Shown in pieces: positions 1 to 7,689 of a stretch of DNA of 64,000 nt. A model generated the notes under the pieces. The model had not been told where the DNA came from, did not search any database, and saw only the letters and a list, made by a program, of their open reading frames with translations. The stretch comes from an uncultured Dechloromonas sp. (lineage in GTDB: Bacteria > Pseudomonadota > Gammaproteobacteria > Burkholderiales > Rhodocyclaceae). Each line of letters begins with the position of its first letter. Position 1 is the stretch's first letter. Where the stretch lies: contig NZ_CAMFKO010000017.1 in the NCBI RefSeq assembly GCF_945957265.1, positions 7,458 through 71,457 of the forward strand, given 5' to 3'. Position numbers and translations under genes: made by a program.

Positions 1-266
1 TGGGCAACATACGTGTTGAACTCGGACATGGTGTCGTTCGAGCATTTCCAGTTCGAGCACGATGCCGTCTTGCGATCAATGTACTGAGCCTTGGCTTGCA
101 GTTCAGAGAACTTCTCTTGCATGAACTTCGGATTCTGCTTCAGGTTGTTAATCTGACGTTGAATGTTGTTCAGCATCTCAAACGTACAGTTCTCAGCATT
201 CCAGTTACAGGCTTGAGCAGCCGTGACAGACAGCAGGCCACACAGGGCCGCTAATAGCTTTTTCAT
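1..266 (-). CDS. Small secreted Cys-containing protein; C-terminus runs off the window
   Basis: My own translation from the ATG at 264-266 gives MKKLLAALCGLLSVTAAQACNWNAENCTFEML... The reading frame stays open to position 1. The N-terminus looks like a signal peptide, and there are several Cys residues. Confidence 0.45.
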   Translation of the reverse strand, partial: MKKLLAALCGLLSVTAAQACNWNAENCTFEMLNNIQRQINNLKQNPKFMQEKFSELQAKAQYIDRKTASCSNWKCSNDTMSEFNTYVA

Positions 267-302
267 GTGCGCTCCTTGATTCCGAATGCGCTGCACTCGG
301 GC

Positions 303-641
303 TTACTTCATGTATTTGACGGTGACCGTACCGGCCAACTTGTTCTTGGCAATCTCGTAGTCGGGATTGAAGGTGGCGAGGTTATGCAACCCGATGCCGA
401 CCGCCGCGCCCAGTCCGACCACAGCAGCCGGACTGAAGGTCGCTGCCATCGCCGCCGAGCGGTATTCGGAATAGACACGACATTTGAGACCCTGCTTTTC
501 CAATCGCCCTTCGATTTTTTCGACGACGGCACTGATGTTGGAAACCGCGACAACCTGGAACGACTCGTGCTGCATAGCGAGCGTGTCGAGCTTTTCCAGG
601 GTGAGTTCGTCGGCCGTAAATTTCTGAATATCAATCGACAT
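303..641 (-). CDS. Hypothetical 112-aa protein with a Gly/Ala-rich hydrophobic segment
   Basis: ORF track. It contains the segment AAMAATFSPAAVVGLGAAVGIGL. It lies 44 nt downstream of the small TM ORF on the same strand. Confidence 0.5.
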   Translation of the reverse strand: MSIDIQKFTADELTLEKLDTLAMQHESFQVVAVSNISAVVEKIEGRLEKQGLKCRVYSEYRSAAMAATFSPAAVVGLGAAVGIGLHNLATFNPDYEIAKNKLAGTVTVKYMK

Positions 642-684
642 GCTGATCCTTTGAGTGTTGGGCGATTAGTTCGCCGGTTGCGGA

Positions 685-828
685 TTACGGGGAAACGACT
701 GGGCCTGCGGTGCGGCCCTGATGCTTCATCCATTTCCCATAGGCGGAAACAGCGATCACCGAGAGAGCACCTGCAACAAACGTGATCGCATAACTCGCCA
801 GGGTTTCGAGGGGTGATTGGTTGTACAT
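685..828 (-). CDS. 47-aa single-pass membrane peptide
   Basis: My own translation gives MYNQSPLETLASYAITFVAGALSVIAVSAYGKWMKHQGRTAGPVVSP. An AAGGAG RBS lies 8 nt upstream of the ATG at 826-828. The ORF is below the track's size cutoff. Confidence 0.4.
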   Translation of the reverse strand: MYNQSPLETLASYAITFVAGALSVIAVSAYGKWMKHQGRTAGPVVSP

Positions 829-847
829 AGAAACGGCTCCTTAAATG

Positions 848-890
848 GGTCGTAAATGCCGTGGTCGTGAATGCATCATATCGTCACGAT
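848..890. promoter_or_regulatory. Putative operator sites in the divergent XRE / small-protein promoter region
   Basis: A 12-nt direct repeat GGTCGT(A/G)AATGC occurs at 848-859 and 863-874. A palindrome ATCGTcACGAT occurs at 880-890. Confidence 0.3.
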
Positions 891-1143
891 TCGCGGCATG
901 GCAAGGGTTTCCGCAAAGCTCGATCTCAACCAGGACCTCGTGAAACTGGGTAGCGCCATCCGCGCACGACGGATGGCTTTAGCTCTATCCCAGGAGGCCC
1001 TGGCCGACTATGCCGAGATCGATCGCTCCCATATGGGCAAGATCGAACGGGGCGAACGGAATGTGACCTTCTTGAACATCTTGCGGATTGCCAAGGCCAT
1101 TCAGTGCCAGCCGTCTGATCTGCTGATCGACGCAGGACTCTGA
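871..1143 (+). CDS. XRE-family helix-turn-helix transcriptional regulator
   Basis: LSQEALADYAEIDRSHMGKIERGERNVTFLNILRIAKAI is a typical Cro/C1 HTH. An alternative start at ATG 898 would leave the repeats in the intergenic region. Confidence 0.8.
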   Translation: MHHIVTIRGMARVSAKLDLNQDLVKLGSAIRARRMALALSQEALADYAEIDRSHMGKIERGERNVTFLNILRIAKAIQCQPSDLLIDAGL

Positions 1144-1147
1144 TGGA

Positions 1148-2050
1148 TCAAGCGGAAGTGAGGGCTTCTGCCTTGGCTTCCAGTTTCTGACCCAGCGTAG
1201 CGTGCTGTGGCGTTGCTGGAACAGGTGACGTTGGTAGCGAGTCTGCCTCCGGTGATGTAGAGAAGAACTCCTCAACCACCGCACCGCCATCTTCCTCCCC
1301 ATCTTCAAACGCCCCATTCCCCAGCCCTTGCTTGGCCGCCTGATCCAGAGCATCCTGATCAAACCCAGCCTGCCGACGTGCCTGATCCAGTTGTTTGGCC
1401 TGCAGCAGCATCTCCTCCGTCGACAACCCCGATCTCGGGGTGATATCCACGTAGTAGATCGGCGTGCCCATACTCTGCCGCGTCGATTTCCCACGCAAGC
1501 GCAATTCAAGCGCTAGGCAGGACAGCTTGTTTCCCGAGATCGCCTGGAAGTATTGCAGTCGCGCACTCAGTGTCCGGATACTGTTGAAGCCGGTCGTCCG
1601 GAAGACAAAGCTCCCAAGCGGATCATCATCACCCAACGCAACATTCAAGCGTCCGTAGGGTTTGCAACCGGCCTTCGCCAGCGGACAGGCATCCGGCGAA
1701 GGACACGGAAACGATTTGATGCCCTCTTCCGTCTGCCGCTTGCAGCTTTCGCCATTTCCGACACAGAGCGGACGACCGGTTGTCCGGTCAAACAAGCTAT
1801 ATTCGGCCCGGAAGTTGAGATCGGGGTCGTTGAACAACAAGCGGATCGGAATACTGCGAATTTTGTCTCCTTGTTCCTTACGCAGGGTTTCATCCAGCGG
1901 ATGCGGCAACCAGCCATCCTTGTTCTGTACCTGGCTGGTGATGGTGAATTGATCGTCCTTCTCTGGCAGACGCTTGCCGTTCTTCTCGATCACCTTGCCG
2001 ATGGAAATTCTGCCCAGTACGGGTGGCGTGATGGCTAGACCTTTCAACAT
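1148..2050 (-). CDS. Conserved phage/ICE protein, recombination-directionality-factor-like (often annotated 'hydrolase or metal-binding protein')
   Basis: The N-terminus MLKGLAITPPVLGRISIGKVIEKNGKRLPEKDDQFTITSQV is one I recall from this family. The start was trimmed to the ATG at 2048-2050, which has an AGGAG RBS. The C-terminal tail is acidic and low in complexity. Confidence 0.55.
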   Translation of the reverse strand: MLKGLAITPPVLGRISIGKVIEKNGKRLPEKDDQFTITSQVQNKDGWLPHPLDETLRKEQGDKIRSIPIRLLFNDPDLNFRAEYSLFDRTTGRPLCVGNGESCKRQTEEGIKSFPCPSPDACPLAKAGCKPYGRLNVALGDDDPLGSFVFRTTGFNSIRTLSARLQYFQAISGNKLSCLALELRLRGKSTRQSMGTPIYYVDITPRSGLSTEEMLLQAKQLDQARRQAGFDQDALDQAAKQGLGNGAFEDGEEDGGAVVEEFFSTSPEADSLPTSPVPATPQHATLGQKLEAKAEALTSA

Positions 2051-2177
2051 AATTTGTGACTCCTGTAAAAAAATGCCTTCCGCCTGCACCGCTTGGGTTG
2101 CAGGTTGGGAAGGCGGATTGCGCTGTAATGGGATACCTGAGTCGATCAGGTCATCGGGAAGCGCCGGCTAGCGCGGG

Positions 2178-2501
2178 TCAGACGCGACCATGAAGATGAC
2201 GTTCAGCCAGAACATCACGCGCATGCGCGTCGATGGCCATCCAGTCCACCGTCTTGCACGCATAGCCTTGGATAAAACGCCCGATTGCTTCCCGTTTCTC
2301 TCCTTCGCTCAGGCCATAGGCCTCGTCGCTATCAACATCAGCGAAAGACCAGAGCGCAGGGGAACCGAAATGCTCGAATTCGCGCATCGCTGCGACGAGG
2401 CCGTGCTTTATTGATTCGGGTAGGTAGGCCAGCGCTGACTGACAGGCATTGAGCAGCCGATCAACGGCGGACGATTGCGGCAGAAAGTTGAACGATTCCA
2501 T
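2178..2501 (-). CDS. Hypothetical protein (107 aa)
   Basis: ORF track only. It is on the same strand as its neighbours, and no motif was recognised. Confidence 0.45.
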   Translation of the reverse strand: MESFNFLPQSSAVDRLLNACQSALAYLPESIKHGLVAAMREFEHFGSPALWSFADVDSDEAYGLSEGEKREAIGRFIQGYACKTVDWMAIDAHARDVLAERHLHGRV

Positions 2502-2515
2502 GTCTCTCCATCCTT

Positions 2516-2707
2516 TTAGCCAGCAACAGAGATAAAGGCAGCGGCCTGCTCTTTATGATGACAATCGCCACACATCGCATCATCTCGGTCGTCAAATACC
2601 TCGTCAGCAAATATCGCCCGGCCTGATGCTTCCCCAATGACGATATGCACGTTGTCGCTGCCACAGTCTGGGCACGCCAGCGTGACGTCACTCATGGTTT
2701 TTTCCAT
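2516..2707 (-). CDS. Small zinc-ribbon protein (CPDC...CGDC)
   Basis: Two CxxC pairs are present in a 63-aa ORF. Confidence 0.45.
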   Translation of the reverse strand: MEKTMSDVTLACPDCGSDNVHIVIGEASGRAIFADEVFDDRDDAMCGDCHHKEQAAAFISVAG

Positions 2708-2749
2708 TGCTTGCCTCTTGTGATCAAAAATGAGGTTGATGGGTATCGC

Positions 2750-3757
2750 TCAGGCCACCAGGAAGCGCCGGCTGCCGGTTTTGGTGACGGCGTAGCGTTG
2801 CTGCAGATCGGGCTGATCCTTGAGCAGTCGGGTGATATCGAGCCCGACGCTGTCCTTGGCTTTCTTCCAGGTGACGCTGCCGGTTTCGAAATTCGCCTTG
2901 GTGGCACTGCCCATGGCTTGCTGCAGGGTTTGCTTGAGTTGTGCTTCCAGTTTTTCGGCTTCGGCGATGCTTTGCCGAACCGAGAGCCAATCGGCGAAGG
3001 TGGCTGACAGGTTGCGCTCCTCGGTACAGTCGAGCGTCTGACCATCGTCGCCCGGATAGAGGCAACGTAAGGCCAAGTCGGCTGATTCGGTGCCATCGGC
3101 CGGTGGCGGCGTATCGCTCTCGACGTAGTGCCAGAAGTGCCGTTCGAGTTCGATCAATCGGGTAATCAAACGCTCATCGCGTTCGACCCGATGGATTTCG
3201 AGGTGTTGTCCACCAAGCAATACGGCCACATCGGCGGCTTGCTTGCCGGTGACGGCCAGCTGGTGCATGACCTGGAGTTGAACGTATTCAGGTACGCCGT
3301 CCTTCCAGAGCTTTACACCGTTGATACCGGCGGTCTTGCATTCGAGGATTTGTACCTCGCTGGAACCGGTGACTTCGCGGTCAATGTTGGCCAGCATCCA
3401 AGGCAGGCTGGGATCGGGATGCTGCAGGACGGCGTTGATGCGCCGTACCCGATTGCCTGTACGCCGGGTGTAGTGGGCAGCGACGATCGGCTCTAAGATG
3501 TTTCCCCAGTAGGTTGGGTTCTCCTCATCATGCGGATCGACCCTGGGCAAATTGCCATCACGACCGGTCTTCTCCAGCCACAGTTCCAGTTGGCTCTTAT
3601 AGGGATTCAGTCCGCAGGCCGTTGCAGCATCCGAACTGCCAATGCCTTGTTTGCGAACGGCCAGCCAATCGTCACGAGGCAAGTCCTTGGTCTTGACCAG
3701 TTTAAGTGCCGGACGATGTTTGATCGGGATGGCATTGGGTAAGGCGTTGGGTTGCAT
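2750..3757 (-). CDS. YqaJ-like viral recombinase / lambda-type exonuclease
   Basis: GIGSSDAATACGLNPYKSQLELWLEKTG is the YqaJ N-terminal signature. The start was trimmed to the ATG at 3755-3757, which has an AAGGAG RBS. Confidence 0.8.
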   Translation of the reverse strand: MQPNALPNAIPIKHRPALKLVKTKDLPRDDWLAVRKQGIGSSDAATACGLNPYKSQLELWLEKTGRDGNLPRVDPHDEENPTYWGNILEPIVAAHYTRRTGNRVRRINAVLQHPDPSLPWMLANIDREVTGSSEVQILECKTAGINGVKLWKDGVPEYVQLQVMHQLAVTGKQAADVAVLLGGQHLEIHRVERDERLITRLIELERHFWHYVESDTPPPADGTESADLALRCLYPGDDGQTLDCTEERNLSATFADWLSVRQSIAEAEKLEAQLKQTLQQAMGSATKANFETGSVTWKKAKDSVGLDITRLLKDQPDLQQRYAVTKTGSRRFLVA

Positions 3758-3780
3758 GAGTTTGCTCCTTCCAGAAATGC

Positions 3781-3814
3781 AAAATGCCCAGTCCGCCAAT
3801 AAACGGAACTGGGC
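3781..3814 (-). terminator. Rho-independent-type terminator after the DUF932 gene
   Basis: An 8-bp stem TGCCCAGT/ACTGGGCA (3785-3792 and 3807-3814) is followed on the minus strand by TTTTGCATTT. Confidence 0.45.
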
Positions 3815-3856
3815 ATGTGCGAGGGATGAATGGTTAAACGCGGATTCAGGTGACGA

Positions 3857-4825
3857 TCAGGCGACGAGTTGCAGGGCCGTATCGAGAGCGCGTTGCTTGA
3901 GGACGGCCCCCTGGCCGAACCAGGCAGAATCCATGCGGTATTCGGTGCTACGGGCACGGCGTTCGTGATCGACGTACTCCGTCACAGCGTTAAGTAATCC
4001 CCACGCAGTGTTCTTGGCGGCATCAAGTTCAGCCCCCTTGCCTTGTCCGTCGTAGAGGGCTTGCACCCGCTTCAAGGCACGTTCGTTAGCCAGTCCAGCC
4101 GGATCGATGGTGCCGGGCTGGACATCGCACATCACGCGCAGGAAGTAATTCATGGCTTCATGGCTCTTCACTTTGCGTTCGGCCAGTGTCTTCATGCGGT
4201 ACATAAAAGCGTCATACTGGGATACGGCAATACCGAGTTGCTGCTTCACTGCCTGCGGATCGAACCGGGTGCTGTGCGGCACCTTGATCGCCTGACTCGC
4301 ACCATTCACGGCAATGGTCAGTGTGTTGTTGCAGACCACACGGACGGTCGTGGGAGTTGCCGTGGTGGCGAGGGTTCCGTCACATGAAGTGGCCAACAAG
4401 AGGTAACCCCTAACTTGATCGTTACCCTTCAAGGCAGTGGATTGACCGGTCTTGGCAAGCGCCCAGAACTTCTTGCCGCCTTTCAATACACCAGCCGTCT
4501 CCAGCTGGTAGCCGGAAACGGTCGTGAGATCACGGTAGAACTCCAGGACTTCCTTGGGTTGAACCACCTGATAACGTTGCGAGACGACCGACAGGGCTTC
4601 CTTGGTGTCCGAGCGATACAGCACCTTCTGCTCTTCGAAGGAATGAATAGTGCCGAGACTGCCGATGCTGTCGGCCATGAAGCGAACCGGGGACTCCTGG
4701 ATGGTCCAGTCCATGCCGGCGGATTTGGCCCAGACTTCGATGGGTTGTTTGGCCGGAAGACGATTGCCGAGGCCATGCCACGGTTCGGCGCCGACATAGG
4801 CCATTTGTTGGACGAGGTGTGCCAT
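3857..4825 (-). CDS. DUF932-family phage/plasmid-like protein
   Basis: MAHLVQQMAYVGAEPWHGLGN...DWTIQESPVRF matches the DUF932/TIGR03299-type N-terminus. The start was trimmed to the ATG at 4823-4825, which has an AGGAAA RBS. Confidence 0.75.
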   Translation of the reverse strand: MAHLVQQMAYVGAEPWHGLGNRLPAKQPIEVWAKSAGMDWTIQESPVRFMADSIGSLGTIHSFEEQKVLYRSDTKEALSVVSQRYQVVQPKEVLEFYRDLTTVSGYQLETAGVLKGGKKFWALAKTGQSTALKGNDQVRGYLLLATSCDGTLATTATPTTVRVVCNNTLTIAVNGASQAIKVPHSTRFDPQAVKQQLGIAVSQYDAFMYRMKTLAERKVKSHEAMNYFLRVMCDVQPGTIDPAGLANERALKRVQALYDGQGKGAELDAAKNTAWGLLNAVTEYVDHERRARSTEYRMDSAWFGQGAVLKQRALDTALQLVA

Positions 4826-4962
4826 GAGATTTCCTTTCGGGAATGAATGCGCGCAGCCGCTCAACCGGATGCACGGCAGAGACGGGAGGCGTTGAATGAA
4901 TGGGAGGAAAGACGAGAACTGCGATGCCGTCCATTGCAGACGGCAGAGGTCAACCAAGCCGA

Positions 4963-5310
4963 TCAGTACGTGGTCGACTCGGGTGCGGTGAGGCTAAAAC
5001 AGTGGCCGCAAGCAAGGCAGCGGTAGTTATCGAGGATGCGACGGTCGACAAATTCGCCCAATCGGGCACCAGACAGACCGCCGGCAGTACCGCCAACCAC
5101 GGCGCCGAAAAGTGCACCGAGGACGCCGCCGAAGACCATACCTGGCGGACCGGCAACGATTCCGACAGTCATGCCGATTTCGATACCGGACAGGCTGCCG
5201 GTAGCGCCACCAACACAGCCGCCGACCGTGCCGATCAGGCCGGCAGTCTTGCGGGCACGATTGCGAGTGGTGATACGTGCAGAGTGACAGTTTGGGCATT
5301 GAATGTTCAT
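4963..5310 (-). CDS. Zinc-ribbon protein interrupted by a glycine-zipper membrane segment
   Basis: MNIQCPNCHS...GxxxG-rich core (GLIGTVGGCVGGATGSLSGIEIGMTVGIVAGPPGMVFGGVLGALFGAVVGGTAGG)...YRCLACGHCF. A GGAG RBS precedes the ATG at 5308-5310. Confidence 0.6.
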   Translation of the reverse strand: MNIQCPNCHSARITTRNRARKTAGLIGTVGGCVGGATGSLSGIEIGMTVGIVAGPPGMVFGGVLGALFGAVVGGTAGGLSGARLGEFVDRRILDNYRCLACGHCFSLTAPESTTY

Positions 5311-5723
5311 TGTCTGACTCCTGTAGATGAAAAGGACGAACGAAATCAGCGAACGCCATTTCTGGCACTCGCTGATTTGAACGTAATGAGGAGTTAGGTA
5401 CGGAGGCCAGCTGGTTGATTCTGGCCAATCTGCCATGTTTTGCGGCAGACGATCACCTTCTCAAGGAGGTGATATGTGATTGAAAAAAACTAAAATCCAC
5501 AGGATATTGCGTGGGATCACTCAGCATGATCATTTCAAGCCATACATTCCCGGCTCGCAAAACTGGCCTGGTAGATAGTCAGAAAACGCGTGCGCTTCCC
5601 TGCGAAGGAGTGGCATGCAAATACTTCCTGCCCTACTCCACCCCAAGTTATCATGCTGAATTGATTAACAGGTGGTCGGTATAGTGTTGATCGCCACCGG
5701 AGCAACCAAGGAGCAACGGACAA

Positions 5724-5757
5724 TGAAAAACAAAAAAGCCACTCCGAAGAATGGCTT
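5724..5757 (-). terminator. Rho-independent terminator downstream of the tRNA
   Basis: The minus strand reads AAGCCATTCTTCGGAGTGGCTT (stem AAGCCA/TGGCTT, CTTCGG-type loop) followed by TTTTTTGTTTTT. Confidence 0.6.
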
Positions 5758-5773
5758 AAGTGTTTGATTTTAC

Positions 5774-5847
5774 TGGTGCCCCCGAACGGAATCGAACCGC
5801 TACCTGATGATTACAAATCAACTGCACGACCTTCATGCTACGGGGGC
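5774..5847 (-). tRNA. tRNA-Thr (anticodon UGU), atypical
   Basis: I folded the reverse complement GCCCCCGTAGCATGAAGGTCGTGCAGTTGATTTGTAATCATCAGGTAGCGGTTCGATTCCGTTCGGGGGCACCA by hand. It has a 7-bp acceptor stem, a T-arm with a TTCGATT loop, an anticodon loop TTTGTAA and an encoded CCA. Oddities are a T-T mismatch in the anticodon stem and G instead of A at position 14. Confidence 0.6.
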
Positions 5848-5886
5848 CCTTTGCAACGGGCCGCAATTATAGCCTGATCATCGAAC

Positions 5887-7659
5887 ATGAGCACATTGAC
5901 GAATCCATTCGAGATTGCCCGCGAAACACTGCGGCTGCTGGCCGCCCGGCGCATTGCGCCAACTCCGGACAATTACCTGACGCTTTATCACGAGATTTCC
6001 GGCACCAAGGCGACCGCTCCCGGCTTCCCCGACACACAGCTCCGGTCGCTTGCCGCAGCGCTTCCCAGGACATCGCCAGACCAGCTGCGCCTGGCCAGGC
6101 AACTGGACGATGCCGTCAAGGCCGCCAATTGGGATGCATACAAAGGACATCTGGTCGAATTTGTCACGGCCTTATCGAGCAGCCAGAAGCTTGCCTGGTC
6201 CGACCTGATTGCGGACTTGCTGCGCCAGTGGGATGCCAAGCACCAAGGGCTCACGTCGGCACGCAAGCGCGAGTCGCTCGAACACGTCCTGGCCGGCAGT
6301 GGCGCCAATCCGGAAACCTTGTTCAACCGCCTTCAAGGACTACTCAAGTCATGGGGGCAGGGGCGGGATCAGGACAAACCGGAGGCGAGCACGGAAACCG
6401 CTGCCGAGGGCGGCCAGCCCGCCCCCGCAAGCGCGACCATGCCTGTTCAGGTCGAAGATTTACTGCCCGAATTACGCGAACTGTTCGCGTTTACGCTTGA
6501 AACGGCGATTGCCACGCAACTTCTTGAAACGCCGGCCTTATCGGTAGACGCGAAAACGCTGGCGCAGGATATCCGCGCGGCGGTCACGGCCAGCCAGCTT
6601 GCCGAGTTTCTGACGCGCCTGAAGCGCTTCGCCTTCAAACTGGAGTTGCTGGCCGAAGACCAGGCCGAACTGCGCCAAAGCCTGCTGAGCCTGCTCAGAT
6701 TGCTGGTCGAGAACATTACCGAACTGACGCTCGACGACCATTGGCTGCACGGGCAGATCGAGGTCGTGCGGGAAATCATCGGCAAGCCGCTTTCGCAACG
6801 CGCCCTGGACGACGCTGAACGGCGCCTGAAAGAAGTTCTGTTCAAGCAGAGCCAGCTCAAGGCGAGCCTGTTCGAGGCCAAAGAAGCGATCAAGCAGATG
6901 CTGGCCGGTTTTGTCGACCATCTCGCCGACTTTGCCGAAGTCACCTCCGACTACCACGACAAGATCGAAAGCTACGCCGGGAAAATCACGTCAGCCAAGG
7001 ACATCACGGAGTTGGGCGGCGTCCTTGACGAGGTCATGCGCGAGACGCGCGCCGTTCAGATCAACGCCCAGCGATCGCGCGACGAACTTCGCTCCACGCA
7101 AGAGAAGGTCAAGGAGTCCGAGGCTCGCATCCAGGAACTCGAACGAGAACTGGAAGCCACCAGCGACCTGGTGCGCCACGACCAACTCACCGGCGCCCTC
7201 AATCGACGCGGCCTGGAGGAAATATTCTCCAAGGAGTCGGCGCGCGCCAAACGCCACGAAACCCAACTGTGCGTTGCCCTGCTGGACATCGACAACTTCA
7301 AGAAACTGAACGACAGCCTGGGGCACGATGCCGGGGACAAGGCCCTGATTCACCTGGCCAACGTCTGCCGCGAAACCCTGCGCCCCCAGGATACGGTTGC
7401 GCGCTACGGGGGTGAGGAATTCATCATTCTGCTGCCGGACACCCTGATCGACGAAGCCGTCACGGCCCTGACCCGCCTGCAGCGGGAACTAACCAAGAAA
7501 TTCTTCCTGAGCGACAACGAGAAGGTGCTCATCACCTTCAGTGCCGGCGTAACGCCGCTACGCCCCGAAGACGGGCAGCACAGCGTGATCAAGCGTGCCG
7601 ACGAAGCCATGTATCAAGCCAAGCAGACGGGGAAGAACCGTGTGGTGGCGACAAACTGA
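5887..7659 (+). CDS. Diguanylate cyclase (GGDEF domain) with a long helical N-terminal region
   Basis: The active site is RYGGEEFIILL. An RxxD I-site (RPQD) lies 5 residues upstream of it. DQLTGALNRRGL is also present. The coiled-coil-like N-terminus is about 420 aa. Confidence 0.9.
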   Translation: MSTLTNPFEIARETLRLLAARRIAPTPDNYLTLYHEISGTKATAPGFPDTQLRSLAAALPRTSPDQLRLARQLDDAVKAANWDAYKGHLVEFVTALSSSQKLAWSDLIADLLRQWDAKHQGLTSARKRESLEHVLAGSGANPETLFNRLQGLLKSWGQGRDQDKPEASTETAAEGGQPAPASATMPVQVEDLLPELRELFAFTLETAIATQLLETPALSVDAKTLAQDIRAAVTASQLAEFLTRLKRFAFKLELLAEDQAELRQSLLSLLRLLVENITELTLDDHWLHGQIEVVREIIGKPLSQRALDDAERRLKEVLFKQSQLKASLFEAKEAIKQMLAGFVDHLADFAEVTSDYHDKIESYAGKITSAKDITELGGVLDEVMRETRAVQINAQRSRDELRSTQEKVKESEARIQELERELEATSDLVRHDQLTGALNRRGLEEIFSKESARAKRHETQLCVALLDIDNFKKLNDSLGHDAGDKALIHLANVCRETLRPQDTVARYGGEEFIILLPDTLIDEAVTALTRLQRELTKKFFLSDNEKVLITFSAGVTPLRPEDGQHSVIKRADEAMYQAKQTGKNRVVATN

Positions 7660-7689
7660 CACGACAGCAAAAGACTCCCGAGGAACCCT

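Larger units (their letters stand above)
1..5773. mobile_element. Partial phage/ICE-derived genomic island segment; continues beyond the left window edge
   Basis: The gene content is typical of a mobile element (XRE, RDF-like, YqaJ, DUF932, small Zn-ribbon proteins). GC is visibly lower than the rest of the window. The block lies against the 3' end of a tRNA. No integrase or att repeat is visible. Confidence 0.45.

Noticed and set aside
5535-5723. 62-aa minus-strand ORF in the non-coding stretch next to the tRNA
   Set aside because: It has no RBS and an odd composition (Trp/Arg-rich), and it overlaps the predicted tRNA terminator. It is probably not coding.
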